Shown: positions 44,185 through 59,140 of the stretch, one piece after another
Layout: each line of letters begins with the position of its first letter
Numbering within the stretch: position 1 is the stretch's first letter
Assembly (NCBI GenBank): GCA_951406725.2
Contig: OX597816.1
Coordinates: forward strand, 101,184,001 to 101,248,000
Reading direction: 5' to 3'
From: Octopus vulgaris
Lineage: Eukaryota
Length of the DNA: 64,000 nt
Notes under the pieces: model-generated
What the model was told of the DNA's origin: nothing
What the model saw: only the letters and a program-made list of their open reading frames with translations
Database searches by the model: none
Position numbers and translations under genes: made by a program

Positions 44185-44233
44185 TGCTCGGTTTATGATT
44201 AGTATGATGATCATACTAATCATAAACCGAGCA
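44185..44233. repeat. Perfect 24-bp inverted repeat with a 1-nt spacer
   Basis: tgctcggtttatgattagtatgat-g-atcatactaatcataaaccgagca. Confidence 0.95.
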
Positions 44234-45553
44234 ATAATAGAGATTGATATTCTTATCTGAATCCCTGTTGTGATTTTAGTAAAGAGTGAGATGGGTTATG
44301 ATGTCAAGAATTAGTATTTTTCGAAGTTGCATGGATGTACAAAGGAGGGTCATGGCTTGAGAGTTGTGATAATGTTTGCGTAACTTCCAGATTACGGTAA
44401 TTTGTCATTGTTAATGCAAATAAATTTTAGTATAGGTAAACGCAGTGACTCTTTCAAGATCTAGACTTTTCAGGTGTGAGCCCAAGGAATTTTAATTTTG
44501 TAGATTCATTTATTTGTAAAAAATAAAAATAGTGGGAGGATAAAAGCTTTGTGGTAGAAAGGAGTGGTCTAAATCGTGATCTAGGCAAAAGATGTGTATA
44601 TTCAGTCTCGTGCTCCAGTTTTCAACTTTTGGTCTTTGGTTGATGTTTGAGAAAATATCTGATAGGAATGTTTGCTTGCTGTTGAAGTGAAGGTTTATTA
44701 CTTCCTGTTGTTTTGGGGCATGGAGGGGCATGGAGGGTAACTATGTTTTCTTTGTTGCTGGTGTTACTAATTAATATAGGTAGTGTTAATTTTGTGACTT
44801 ATGTTTGATACAAATGTATGCCAGGTTTCTGTTTCTCTAAGGTTTATTAATGTTTAAAATTTTTTCGTGTTTAATTATTTGATGTGTTTTATTTCGGATG
44901 TGTGTGATTTTGATGTATAGTGTTTGAGATCCTCTTTGGTTTTTAAAACGTTGGTTATCTTTGGAATTGAACAAGAGTTGTCTTTTTATGTTGCCTTCCA
45001 GGTGATTTTTAGATGTATCTATATTCATATTAAATGTATATACTGCAATGATAAAGCTGATAGATATGGAATTGTTGAAATCTGAAAACTTTCATCGTGT
45101 GTCTCCGTGGAATTTATTTCTTTTTATTCGTGGAGTTTGTTTCTTTGTGTTCATAGCAGTTTGTATAAAGGTTTTTTGCTTTTGACGTTGATATGTATGT
45201 GCTTTATGATGATAATTGACCGGTAGTATGAGGAGAGTTTTTTTGCAGAGGTTGCCATAGGTACATGTAACAACAGAAAGTTACCGTAGAGAAAGAGTTG
45301 TAGTTGATTGTAGTTGGATTGGTGAACTATGTGACTATATAAGCATGGATTTGGGGGATGTAAAGTGCCATTAATTGCATGATGTTGCATCACTTCTTTT
45401 GTTATCTATACTCTTTGAAAACTAGGAGGTGTTACAGCTTTGAATTCTCTCCAAAGATTGTGTTCGTGAGAGTGCTAAAATACAATGGCAGAGGACTAAT
45501 CTGGTGAGATGTTTAGAGACGATGGTGTATGTATATATATGTCTGTGCATGTA

Positions 45554-45990
<437 letters not shown>

Positions 45991-46151
45991 TATATATATA
46001 TATAAAAACAGGTAAACCGTTGGATAATTTAAATCTCGTATATATGAAGTTCTATGTTGTATGGAAACATGTGTAGAGATTATTTAATAACTGTCTATCC
46101 ATACTGCTTCTTGTTGACTCTATTTTATTCAATTACACATACACACACACT

Positions 46152-46191
<40 letters not shown>

Positions 46192-46414
46192 CTTACATTA
46201 TAGATACATATACATGTATATGCATATGAATATATTTGTATGTATAGACATGATATATATGTGTGTGTATGTATGTATGTATGTATGTATGTATGTATGT
46301 ATGTATGTATGTATGTATGTATGTATGTATGTATGTATGTATGTATGCATGTGTGTATGTATATATGTATGTAAATGTCTATACATAAACGTACACGCAA
46401 ATACGTATGTATAT

Positions 46415-46806
46415 AGATTTCATCTTAAGTTTATCTCTATAAATTTTCTATAGAATTTAGAGCCTGCACTGCATGTTATGACGTTTCGTAAGCGAATACG
46501 TCTATGTAAACAATGCAATCGAAGACAGAAAAATAGGTAATGGGTGTATATGCATATTCAAAGAGTTATTGCTCTTTCATCAGCACCACATCCAACCCAT
46601 CAACTATCTGTGAAGACATTGCTTAAATACCCACTAATTTTAGTGGTGTAACACAAATGGATAGAGCAATTCACATATTAAGCATGTTCCTGGCAACTGG
46701 TGCTTACATGTTTACATAGACGCATCCGTTTACGAAACGGCGTAACTTGCAGTCCTGACACTAAATACAATTGAAAATCTATAGAGATAAACTTAAAAGT
46801 GAGAAT
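46415..46806. repeat. Foldback: imperfect inverted arms of about 95 bp around a spacer of about 190 bp
   Basis: Left ttaagtttatctctata.attttc...ctgcatgttatgacgtttcgtaagcgaatacgtctatgtaaaca matches the reverse complement of 46709-46800. Confidence 0.85.
46543..46587 (-). ncRNA. Degenerate minimal type-I hammerhead-like motif
   Basis: Minus strand GGTG-CTGATGA-AAGAG caataa CTCTT-TGAA-TATGCATA-TA-CACC. Stems I and II and a palindromic stem III are present, but the GAAA core reads TGAA. Confidence 0.5.
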
Positions 46807-48039
46807 ATCGCACTGCTAACACAAGGTAAAGGATAATATTGACTTGAAAACCTGTAATATACTAGATAGTATATTATGGTTGCAAAACGAAATACTGTGT
46901 CTTTTCCAGCAATTTATAAATATATTTATCATATTAATGCGATTCGAGTGCATTTCTATTGTAGTGTCGGTTCCTATTAATTTGTGTTTGTGAAATGTGA
47001 TAACAGTAACTGGAAGAAAAACTTTTCCGTTGTTGAGTTGTCTTAATGGCAATCCCTATCCCGAAAATGACCACTTCTTTAATCACTTTTGAATAAAATA
47101 ATTAAAAAAGTATCATATCATAGCTTATTAAAGTGGTAGAAAAACGCAGTTATCCTTTTTTTATTGTTTGAAAAGAGACACCAAAAGTAATGCGAAGTTT
47201 ATGACCAAGGGCAATGGGGATAATGTGAACCGATTTGGTAATTGGGAACATGCTTAGGTAGGTATTTAGGTAGGTACTGTTCATCTTCACTAGTCACATG
47301 GCTGTCCTAATTACATACCTTATTGCGAAATCAAGCGTTAGATCAATGAGATTGGCGGTGCCGGGCAGATGGTCCATTCACAACATGTATGGAAGTAAAA
47401 AACATTTGAGAACCTTCTCCCAAAAGAAGAAAACCAAAACAAGACAGCAGCAACAACAGTGAGCCCATAAAGTTTTAATTGTTGTAGGAAGACCGTGCCT
47501 ACTGCCGCTCCTTTCAAATCACTACCGGTTGCCGCTCGGAGTCTGGCCAGTGCAGAGAGAGGATGCCGAATTGCCTCACCTTCAACACAAGTAACAACAG
47601 AGTCTGATAGGTTTGGGCATCGAGAAGCCGAAGGTTCTTCTTCCTGTCCGTCACAAAGCTAATCAGAGATTCAGATTGCGGGGATGTGCACATCTTTTAT
47701 GTCATACTATTTTCCCTACTTCCCGTTAATGTATAAATATTCCTAAACGTGTTTTATAACTCCTGTATACAACGTTTTATAACTCTCTTTGTATGACTTT
47801 TTTCTGTATATTTAAATCTGTGGATCCATTAATGAGTCTAATGTTTTGGGTGACAGCTTCACTTATAATATGTAATTTCACAGCACTATCGAACAAAGCT
47901 CTGTGTGCTCATATGTGCAAAATTTTATTTTGATTTACTTATTTTCCTTTGTGTGTATAGTACTTTATAAAATTTTAGAAAGCCTAGCAGTGCTATATTT
48001 TGTATAGTGGGGGATGTTTGTAATTTAGGACATTCATTA

Positions 48040-48300
48040 CGGGCTCGCTTTTACTTCTTCATTCTCAAGACAATTATCATTATAGGGTTTGATTCTGTTT
48101 TAACAGTTTGTGTAGATATTCTGGTAATATCTAGTCGATTAGCCTTGATAACTCTGAATGCATGGATTAGCATACCCTAGATTAAGAGTGCTTTTCTATT
48201 GTCTGAAATGAGTTTTGGCCCCGGGATGTGTTTATGGCGGTATTCCTTAAAACCACCTAAAATGCCTTTGTGTGAAATCATTAATCCTGTGATACCTAAA
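48040..48300 (-). mobile_element. Very degenerate R4/Dong-like RLE fragment
   Basis: LI*GMLIHAFRVIKANRLDI aligns with ILWDMPIHTDREIKANRPDI. Confidence 0.5.
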
Positions 48301-49293
48301 GATATATTCCTTTTTGGATAAGATCGGGCTACCGGAGACAAAGGAGTTATTTGTTTTACCCCACTTCCACAGTTAATATATTAAGCTTCAGTTTTTAGTT
48401 GTCTCTGGTAAATAGATTTGATCCCCTACAACAATCACGCTTTTCGGCTATTATCGCGGTTTTCTTTTGCTGGGTTTACGTTTCTAAATTATTTTTCACA
48501 TCTGTAGCTGTTGTTTCACCGTTCTCCACACAACTCTCGGTCATATCAACTTATTTTGTATTCGCAGGCTTGTTTAAAGACAGAAAACAACATTCCTTCC
48601 TTTTTTGCTCGTGGTTTCTATGTTTTGTGTTAGTTTTTTTATTTCCGTTGCTAAATAATTTCGTAGTTGTATAATGAATATTTTATAATAATTTTCTAGT
48701 CGCATAAGGCGCTTATCTGCCTGAATTAGTGGTAAATGTTCTTCACACTGCAGCAGTTGTAGCTAAACCATGAAACAGTGAAAATACCAACGTAGTTCAT
48801 ACACAGTACAGCCAGTAGAATGTTTGACAAAATACCATGTAATATATAGTAACATTCTTTTATGTTCAGAGTTCAAATTCCAGGTTAATTTCGCCTTTCC
48901 TCCTTCTGAGATCGTTAAAATAAATACTAGGGTGGATGTGATTGAAATTACCCGACAAAGCAGAGTCTCAGTATAGCCACAATCATTGTTATTTCCCTTG
49001 CTTTATTGGAGAACAATAATGAAAGAATAGATTAACAAAAAGAATAACAATAAAGACCAAAAAACTAGTAATGAGAAGAAAAGCATTAGCAACTGCAGAA
49101 TGGGTATCAACAACAACAATGGTGACAACAGCAACGAAAAGAAGGAAAAAAAACTACAGTGACAACAACAATGACTGCATCCAGGAAAACAACAACTACA
49201 GTATTGAAATGGAGTATTAACAACGTGTTAAGATTAGGGTATTTGAGCAAATATTTATGTTGGCATATTGCAGTTTAGATCTAATAGGAATTT

Positions 49294-49355
<62 letters not shown>

Positions 49356-49559
49356 GTGGAAATGCCTTACACAAGCAATATGAGTGCATCAATTATTTTA
49401 ATACACACACACATACATATATATATGCCTGTGTCTGCATGTGTAAATTATACACATAGATATAATACGTGTTATACAAATATGCAAAAGAAATCTGAAT
49501 TGCATCATTTATAGTATACTATTTCCATGCATTCTTGCTGTCGCCTCCATCAACGCCAA

Positions 49560-49700
49560 GAACTGCAGATATCAGTCTCGTTCACTCTTTCATGTTTCCC
49601 ACATAAACGCCATCCATATGCAAGTCAGACACGATACACCAAACCTGCCCCACATCCATGAACAATGACTTTGAAAACATTCTTTAATGGGGTTATGCAA
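49560..49700 (-). mobile_element. Degenerate Penelope-like GIY-YIG patch
   Basis: GAGLVYRV.....AFM/YVGN-type remnant of VY.I.C..C..YVGET. Confidence 0.3.
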
Positions 49701-50542
49701 ACCTTTCAACGGCACAAAGAATAATTATACCACATATCAATGAGACACTTTAAGTCTCCACCCTATTTGATACTTATTTTTAACCCGTAATAAAACTGTC
49801 AACTGGTGATATCTATGGAGGTTACTCGATATGTGACTTAGCTAGAACTACATCCGAAAGATTTTCTCTTGGTGATTAGGAAATACATCTGCTCACTTTC
49901 TATAGAACTCAAATAGGGGCTTATAATGGATTCCTACCCCTACAGTTCGGATAGTGATGCTGCTGCGCACACCACCTCTTTGGTACCATTCAAAAGGAAG
50001 CTGACTAGGAAGGATTCACTGATCAATTCCCACAGATATACAGGATTTTCATTTTCGTTGTTCTACATGTCTTTATTGACTTTATAACATGCATAAATAA
50101 ACCTGCACCCATCCAAAATATTTAACACACATTTCTTATTAATGTTGCTATTATAATTTCATTTGTAACCAAATTCTATTTGAATATAATCTACAACTTT
50201 CCCTGTGCACATGCTTAAATATTTTGGTACTGAGAACAGCTTGCTCCCTTAACCCATCGCATATGAGCCTAAGAACATTAATTAGTTGTTTTATATATAC
50301 ATCTGATTATAATTTGATCGCGTATGTATGCGTCTGTATATTTGTGCACATACAAATCTTTTCTAAAGTTCACTATAGAAATCTAGAAATATCTTAATAC
50401 CAACAACGACATTTTTTTTCTTTATTAGAAATCATTCCTTCCGTTTTACGAAATAAGAAATTATTCTGTGCATTCCTGCGTGTCTGTTTAGTCTATATGT
50501 TACGCTTACGTCAAGGGCGGTAAAGACTCGAATGGAGAAGTA

Positions 50543-50610
<68 letters not shown>

Positions 50611-50642
50611 TAAATAGATAGATAGAGAGAGAGAGATAGATA

Positions 50643-50675
<33 letters not shown>

Positions 50676-50939
50676 AGAGGAAACTAAGACATAGAGAGAA
50701 AGAGTGGAACTGTTTATATTAGCCTGCATTTATGTGTTTACATCGCAGGCACAGTCGAAATGTTTAACATGATGAAAATGCCATGAAGATCTATAAAATT
50801 AGGCATTAAAATATATATCGATATATAGTTAAAATAATTGAAAGGTAGTTTTCCTTTGATCCTAGCCTTCTTTAATATATTGGCACTGCATCCTCAGTAT
50901 GGTCATCTTATTCTTGTGATATAGCTCGTCCCATTACTT

Positions 50940-51222
50940 CTGCTTCATCTGCTGGGAATGAATTTACATTTACACTTTGCTCTATGTCTTCACTGCTGTC
51001 ATTCACTTCTCTGTCATCGCTGAGCACTTTATCTGTTGGTTAAGTATTATTACTGTTTTCTACTTACCTTTTTATCTCTTCAATTTCCATGTCTATTAAC
51101 CAGGTTTTTGCTTTTATTGCTCTTGCCTGGTCTGCTAGCAGTTGTTCACTTATTTCGAAGACTCCTGTTTCATTCCATTTTGCTTTCATGCGTTGTCGGA
51201 ATCCCCTTCTACCGGGTTCGAT
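50940..51222 (-). mobile_element. R4/Dong-like LINE ORF, N-terminal fragment
   Basis: PGRRGFRQRMKAKWNETGVFEISEQLLADQARAIKAKTWLIDMEIEEIKR resembles the RGY..RM..W....EQRLADQ.R.I N-terminus of this clade. Confidence 0.65.
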
Positions 51223-51258
51223 AATATTATCATTATGATTATGATTATCATTATTATT

Positions 51259-51670
51259 GAGTGAGAGAGCAGTGCATGCCATCAAGGTGAAACTGGAGTA
51301 AATATACGAAGCCCAGTATACCCATCGTGACTACCTGTCTGATAAGGGTACACCAGGCATATGCAACACAACCATATGTGCGCGACAGTGATCTTATATC
51401 AAGATAAACAGTGCACGATCTTGCAGATGGGGCCTAGTATGATGCTCCCCCATTACTTCTGCCCGTGATCAGAAACGCACATATTTTCAACCATTAAGGG
51501 ACATGCTCAACTGGTTAAAGTCAAACAACTGACAAGCAAATCTGTGGTATTGAGCAGAATATTTGCTGTAGCCCATCTTTTATACCATGACAAAACAATG
51601 TAGAGGGTAACACTTCCAATCAATTAGCAAGAAAAGCCATGAAAGCCACTGCCTGGTACTGCAGCAGAGC

Positions 51671-51673
<3 letters not shown>
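51259..51673. mobile_element. TAA-embedded non-coding repeat, internally deleted copy
   Basis: Same termini as 39700-40222; (TTA)n flanks. Confidence 0.85.
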
Positions 51674-51875
<202 letters not shown>

Positions 51876-52999
51876 AAGGCAGCGAATGGGCAGACATTTC
51901 GACTGTCTTTTTGTTCTGACTTCAAATTCTGCTTAAGTCGGCTTTGCCTTCCAAACTTTCGGAGCCGATAAAATAAGCCACAGTTGTGTACTGAAGGTGA
52001 AAGAGCTGACTTCCACCCAACCCCTGAAAAACTGTTGGCACTGAGCAGAAATGCCTGCAACAAAGTCAGCGAAAATCGCCAAAAGAAACAACAGTAACAA
52101 TAAACAAAACAGTGAATTGATGAACGATATAAACAAAACAATACAGAGACGAAATCATCCCTACCACCGAAAGACAGATTGTTAATAAAACTTGAGACAA
52201 ACGTATATATTGCGCTCTTGGACACTTTCCCAAGAAGTGTTGGAGCTTACTACAAATATTAAGCAACTCTGCAGAAGTAGATAGATCTGAGACATATTGA
52301 CGTATCATCATTATTTTATATTACTTTCTTATTGTTATAAATATATTAAAGTATACATTAGAAGTAGTGGATGATTTTTTTTAATACTTAGGTGTATATT
52401 ATATTTCAATTCTTTTTTTGTCTAATCTCATTCCTTCTTGTGTGATCAAAGGATTAAATTGGAACCAAGTATAATAACACTCTTTTCCATACTGTCACTG
52501 TTTCATGTATAATTAATGTTATATTTTTTCATATTTTGCATTCATCTTTTAGTAACGACGACCTAACTGAGCTGATGTCAGGATTTAGTTTAATAACTGG
52601 GTAACCAAAAAGCGTTATATGAACTGCTTTGGGGATTTACCACGTTTCCATGTCAACTGTGGACATTTCATTCTGTAGAGATGTGATTTCCTTTCTCACA
52701 CCATATATGGTCGGTTAATTCTTGACTTTAACACCTGATAACAATCAAAGATGAGAACAATCAAAACCTAGTGCAGACGTTTTTTTTTTTTAACTTTTAT
52801 CTCTACCGATGAGATTACTCATCGCAGTAATTATAATCTTATTAACAACTTATCTCAGACATTTAGATATTCAAGCAACATGAATCCCTTACAGAAGTAC
52901 TTCTGTGATATAGATTTGGCTATACATAATGGTTGGCCTGTTACATTTCATAATGGTAACTTGAAGTATTAGTAGGGGTGTCATTCGCGAAGGAATTGG

Positions 53000-53634
53000 T
53001 AGTTGTTGAGGTGTTAGTGTTGTTAGTAATGTTGTTCGTTGAATTGATTTAGAAGATGACAACGATTAAATTGGTTGCGATGACGTTGATGGTGGGAAGA
53101 ATATAAGTGGAATAATTATATAGGTGTTATTAATGATGTTGATTTGGATAATGACAAAGATGATATGTAGTAACCTGCATTTACAGTAAGTGATGAAGAT
53201 GCTGACGATAGTATTAGGGGTGGTGGCAGTTAAGTTAGTGAGGGTATGGATAAGGGGGTGGTAATGATGGTTGTAGTGTAGATGGTCATGGTAAGAGCAG
53301 TGGAAATGGTAATTGGGAAAATATGATGATTTTGATGTCGATCGAGGTGACGGTGACAATAACAGATATGCTGGTCATGATTGTAACGATAGTACTGATT
53401 CTTTAATGCAACGGATGATGATGCTCTTGATGGATAGTAGTAATAGTAGTAGTAGTAGTAGTAGTAGTAGTTGGTCGTACTGGTGATGATGGTGGTAGCA
53501 TTGTTAGTGGTGATGGAGTGGCAGTGGTCATGATGGGTGTGGTTGTGGTGGTGGGGTGGCGATAATAGTGGTAATGGTGGTAATAGTAGTAGGTACTTTT
53601 ATAATGATAGTGATCTAATGACAGCTTGGCACGA

Positions 53635-53700
<66 letters not shown>

Positions 53701-53870
53701 CAGCAGTAGCAGCAGCAGCAGCAGTAACAACAACAGCTGTGCCGGTGACGGCAGCGGGTTAAATTTTGTGATTTTCTGGCGGTATAGTGGTAATTGTAAT
53801 GGCATACATTGTCATTATCAGCTCCGATGTAGTAGTGGCAGCGGCGTCGACGGCGGTGGTCTTGGTGAAG

Positions 53871-53920
<50 letters not shown>

Positions 53921-53957
53921 GGTGGTGGTGTTGTTGTTGTTGGTGGTGTTGTTGTTG

Positions 53958-53989
<32 letters not shown>

Positions 53990-54030
53990 GGTAGTGGTGG
54001 TGGTGGTAGCTGTGAGGGTTAATAGTAGCA
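53000..54030. repeat. Imperfect GGT/TAG/TTG simple-sequence domain
   Basis: Directly visible. Confidence 0.85.
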
Positions 54031-54641
54031 GAGTTGTTAATAGCGTTGGTGGCAGTGACGAACTAATTTCCAAATGCGAAGTGCAGCAGACTGCTAAATA
54101 GAGAACCATAAAGCATAGTCTAAATCAAAAAAGAAAATCAAAACTAGTACGAAGGCACTGTTGTTATACATAGTCAAAATGTAAATGATAATTAAAAGTA
54201 TGTGTAAGTCTAACAAAGGGTGTGAAGTGAGGCGGGGAGAATTACATCAAGGGCAACGCTGCTGCACAGTGCTAAGAAAAGTTCGGAGGCTTGAGTACTT
54301 CAAAGGCTTAGAATATTAAAAGAGCAACTTGGGTGTTACGCATTCAAAGGGAGAAAACAGACAACACTCTTCAATTTCACAGAAAAACAAATAAGTTGAA
54401 GTGCATTTCAAATACGCTACAGGAGTGAGAGAAAGTGAGAGAGGAAAGGGAAGGACAGAGAGGGGGAGAATGAAAGATCGAAACTGGTAAAGCCATTAGC
54501 AAGTAAAACTGTTTAGTGTAAAGGTGGCAAATGACGGTTTCAGCAGACATCCTGTTAGAATGTACAATGTCACAGTGAGCCTTGGCTTGGACGGTCAAGG
54601 TCTCTGAATATTAAAATCACCATCGCAGAGAAAATGAGGAC

Positions 54642-54684
<43 letters not shown>

Positions 54685-54883
54685 GATGAGATTGAGAGAG
54701 AAAGAAAGAGAGAGAGGGGGGCATAAAAAAAAGAGCAAGAGAGAACTGATGGAAATTTTTTTAAACGTTTGTGTTAATGAATATTTGCATTTATGTACGT
54801 AGATACGAGCGTAGACGTGCGTGCATGGGCGTGTGTGTGATTGTTTGCAAACGTGTGTGTGTGTGTGTTTGCTTGTGTGCGTA

Positions 54884-54961
<78 letters not shown>

Positions 54962-54965
<4 letters not shown>

Positions 54966-55115
54966 TGTGTGGTATGAAGTTTGCTTCCCAACCACATGGT
55001 TCCAGGTCCAGTTTCACTGCATGATACCTTGGACAAGTGTCTTCTACTATATCCTCGGGCCGACCGAAGCCTTGTGAGAGGATTTGGTAGTTGGAAGCTG
55101 AGAGAAGCCCACTGT
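54962..55115 (+). mobile_element. SINE family B 5' half after a (GT)n tract
   Basis: gtggtatgaagtttgcttcccaaccacatggttccagg...ccttggacaagtgtcttctactata. Confidence 0.8.
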
Positions 55116-56869
55116 ATATGTGTGCGCGCGCAACACATATACATATAACATATACAGCGCGCACACAAATACATATACACATATACAGCGCACACATATA
55201 CATATAACATAGCGGATCCGCAAAAGCAACTAATAGAAAATGTACCAGGCTTTTAAAAAATAATATGTATATAAATACATATAGAAGGTTGTTTGTTGTG
55301 GCCAAAGCGCTTAGCTGTATAGGCCACTTGTCAGATTCAAACGAGTCGCCTGTGCAGCTGTGCGCTTTATAGGCACGAAGCCAATAGTTACTCTCTGACT
55401 GGACTTAACAAACAACCTTTTAAATATTACTACTCTAATGAGTGTGGTTCTTTTTCGGGTATTTGAATTTTACAAAAGAATGGAAATTATATAATCATAT
55501 TTGTTGACTCACGGCTGCCTGTATTTTGTTGTTGTGACAACGTTATGATGCTTAGGGAGGTAATACCCTGATGACGTTTGGGGACAGCTACTAATCACAT
55601 GCGAGATGTCTGCCACAAAAATATGACATAATAAGGCACTCGGCTGCATCTTGGAGTTCCAAGGGCATTATTGTCTCTTTTGTTTATTAAGTATTTCGTA
55701 GCAATCTCCTGGTCTTAGATTGCAAATGCATAGCCTTCGAAGTGAAATGTGATGTAACGGTCACGAGTCCAAGAAAGCCTACGCCTCTCGTTGATATTAC
55801 TGTCTTTTTCGAGTCTTCGGGAAACATACCCATGCGTACACACTTTTTGTTAAGATTAGCGTTTTACATTCAGATCTTTGTATGTATGTCTCTTCTTTTT
55901 TTTTTAATTATTATAAATCTTTCACTGAGGAGGGAGCCGGTTTCCAACAAAGATACAAGGCTCCATCTTTGGGATGTATGTATGTATGTATGTAGGTAAG
56001 ATATAGATTGTTTAGAATTCAATGAAATCATTAAAACTGAAAAGAAAGTATTGAAAAATCGTGTATTTTTTATACATTCTGAGTTTAATTATTTCAAATA
56101 TTTTTTCATTTTTTTTCAGTGAGTGTATTTACTTCGTTATTTCTTAAGAAAGTAAGCTATTTCTAGTTCCTATTCTTATATATAAAAGACATACAGTATG
56201 TGTGCTTGTGTGAGTGTATACCTGTATAATCGCGTATATTTTTGAATTTCCAGTCCTGTGCTGGAATTACTTTTTCTGTCCTGCGTATTTAAAAAAACGT
56301 ATGTTTATCATGCACGTGTGCATATATATCTACATGTACACTTATACGGTACTATCTATTAAATTCACATATTCCGAAATCACTGGAACTGCTTCCACTC
56401 AAAGAATCCTTATAATTTTATAAGTGACTGACTTAGAGCCTTCGTAGAACATTAATCTTCAAGAATGGCATACACAGATACACACGTTACATACACACGC
56501 GCGCACACGCAAACATTACTACATTGGAAAACAATTCAAAAGAAACTATAATTTGTTTGTCACTAGATCTGCTCGAATGTTACGCTTTTAACAAATTTAA
56601 CTAGGGAACGAAATCGAAAACATAATCTTATCCTTTAACATAATGTAACAATGTTATGAAGGCTTTTAAATTTACGCCTCATAGGTGAAATAAGAACATT
56701 TATAAAACATAATATTTCCCCAGGTCGTGCAAGTATTTATAATCTGGTAAAAAGTGCATCTTTTTACCACGTAAGTAGTAGTGTGAACGCTGGTATTTTA
56801 TTTCGAGGAAACTTTAGAAAATGATATTATTGAACTTATTTTGTTTGTTGAAATTTTAATATTAGTTTC

Positions 56870-57275
56870 AAATTTGGCACAGAGCCAGTAACTTCGGGAA
56901 AGCGGGTACGTCAATTACATCGACCCCAGTGCTCAACTCTTACTTATGTTATCGACCCTTGAAGGATGAAAGGTAATGTTGACCTCGGTGGAATTAGAAC
57001 TCAGAACGTAAAGACGGACCAAATGCTGCTGAGCCTTTTTGCCCGGCGTGCTTACGATTCAGCCAACTCGCCGCCTTATGTTAAAGTATATCAAAGCGGT
57101 GAGCTGGGAGAATTCTTAGCACGCCGAATAACTTGTTTAGTCCGTCTTTAAGTTCTGAGTTCAAATGTCTTTCATCCTTTCAGGATCGATAAAATAAGTA
57201 CCAACTGAGCACAGGGGTCAACGTAATCGTCTTACTCCGAACTTGTTGATCTTGTGCCAAAATCTGAAACCAATG
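56870..57275. mobile_element. Head-to-head pair of SINE family A copies (- 56870-57078; + 57093-57275)
   Basis: Both match family A; about 15-nt spacer. Confidence 0.85.
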
Positions 57276-58784
57276 TTTAATAGCATACTTGTTTAAACGT
57301 TAACCAAACGACCAGTATGACGAATCTTTTACAACCAGTGGGAAACATGTAGCTCTATTAGTGATGTTTTACATTACTTATGTGCAGTGTTTTTGCCCCA
57401 TTCTGGTATAAAATATCTGTTTTTCACCCTATGTTTCCCAAATATATTTGAATAAATGTGTGTGTTCTGAGAATTATTAGACATTATTGACAAGAATGGG
57501 GTACATATGAGTTCAAATTTCGAGGACTGTAGTTTATTGAATTGAATTCATTACTTGACTTTCACCTATCCCAGCGACCCCGGTGGGATGTCAAGTGAAG
57601 TAGATGTCAAGTAATCCACAGGATTATTAATCGTAAGTAAATGACGTAAGCTATATAAATATATTGTCTTGTCGTGTCTACTAAATCATAATCTCATTTT
57701 CTTTTGAGACATTAAAATAAATATAATGATTTCTTACAAGGACATGTGGCCAGAAATTTGTAGGAAAGTTGATTTAATCGATCACAGGACGGCGATTGTA
57801 GAAAGATGAAAGGTAAAGTAAACTCATTAGTATAATGCCGTAATTAAAACTTTAAGTTATTTAGGCCAACGCACTACAGTTTTCACTACTTCATTGTCTG
57901 TTGCTTTGTTTTCTTTTTGTTATATTTTCTGTCTGGGTATGCATGTGTGTGTATGTTTTCCCTCATATTATTATCAAAATAATTAGTTTCAAATTTAATT
58001 AAACTAAATCCAGTACACCATCCTATCATTTACAACTGAAAGACTTAATATGAACCATGGTTAATAGTACTGACAATCTATCTCTCTTATCCCTTTCTTC
58101 TTTTCTTTCATTCTTGTGGGTGCCATGAAGAAGTAAGCTCAAAATGAGTCGAGTGTTCAACTCTATTCCCTATTATTTAACTAATCTTCACCTATATCCA
58201 GAATGCTCTTCAAAGTAGCTTGTAAATCACATCTCCATTTCTTCTGCATCTGAAGTCAAAAAAGATTATCGCAAATCGGCGGATAACGCAGATTATAAAG
58301 AATAGAACAAATGATCGAAATTTCAAATTTTGACATAAAAGGAGGCTAACAGAGAGACTAAAGGTTTGTGACATAAAAGGGAATTTATTGATAGACTAAA
58401 AGTCGAAGCAAGAGCAAATGAAACTGACACGGATTCTCCAAATCTAATCCATTAGTGGCACGGTGAAAATCTGTAAGATATTCCAAACATTTTCCATCTA
58501 AGATTCATTAAATGAATAGATGCTCGAACTTGCGTGTGCACATCGACGGCTCACTCAACACACCAAATTAAGCACATATTTACAAACAGCTGGAGCTCTG
58601 TTATCTCAAAAACTGTTGTCGCTGAGTTAGCGACCGGCTTGAACTCTCCCAAGAAGAAATTAAATAAAACTCTAAGATATATACATGCATACATAAGGAC
58701 TAACTCATCTGGTCAGATGATAGACGTTTCACATTAGATAGAGATAGATCCGTAAGTTATTGGATTTAAGTAACAAAATAATTT

Positions 58785-59140
58785 TTTCTACTAGAGGCAC
58801 AAGGCCTGAAATTTTGTGGGAGAGGGCCAGTCCATTAGAAGGATCCCTGTACGCAACTGGTACTTAATTTATTGACCCCAAAAGGACGAAAGGCGAAGTC
58901 GACCTCGGCGGAATTTGAACTCAGAATGTAGTGACGGGTGAATTACGCTAAGCATTTCGCCCGGTGTGCTAACCAGTCTGCCAGCTAGCCACCTTCAACA
59001 TATCAATAATAATCTTTCCTACTCTAGGCACAAATCCCGAAATTTTGGGGGAGGGACCAGTCGATTAGATCGACCCCAGTATGCAACTGATACCTAATTT
59101 ATCAACCCCGAAAGGATGAACGGCGAAGTCGACCTCGAAG
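58785..59140 (-). mobile_element. Two tandem SINE family A copies
   Basis: 58785-58997 and 59015-59140 match the reverse complement of family A. Confidence 0.85.

Noticed and set aside
44300-45420. Strand-skewed region resembling a LINE/PLE fossil
   Set aside because: No diagnostic motif could be read
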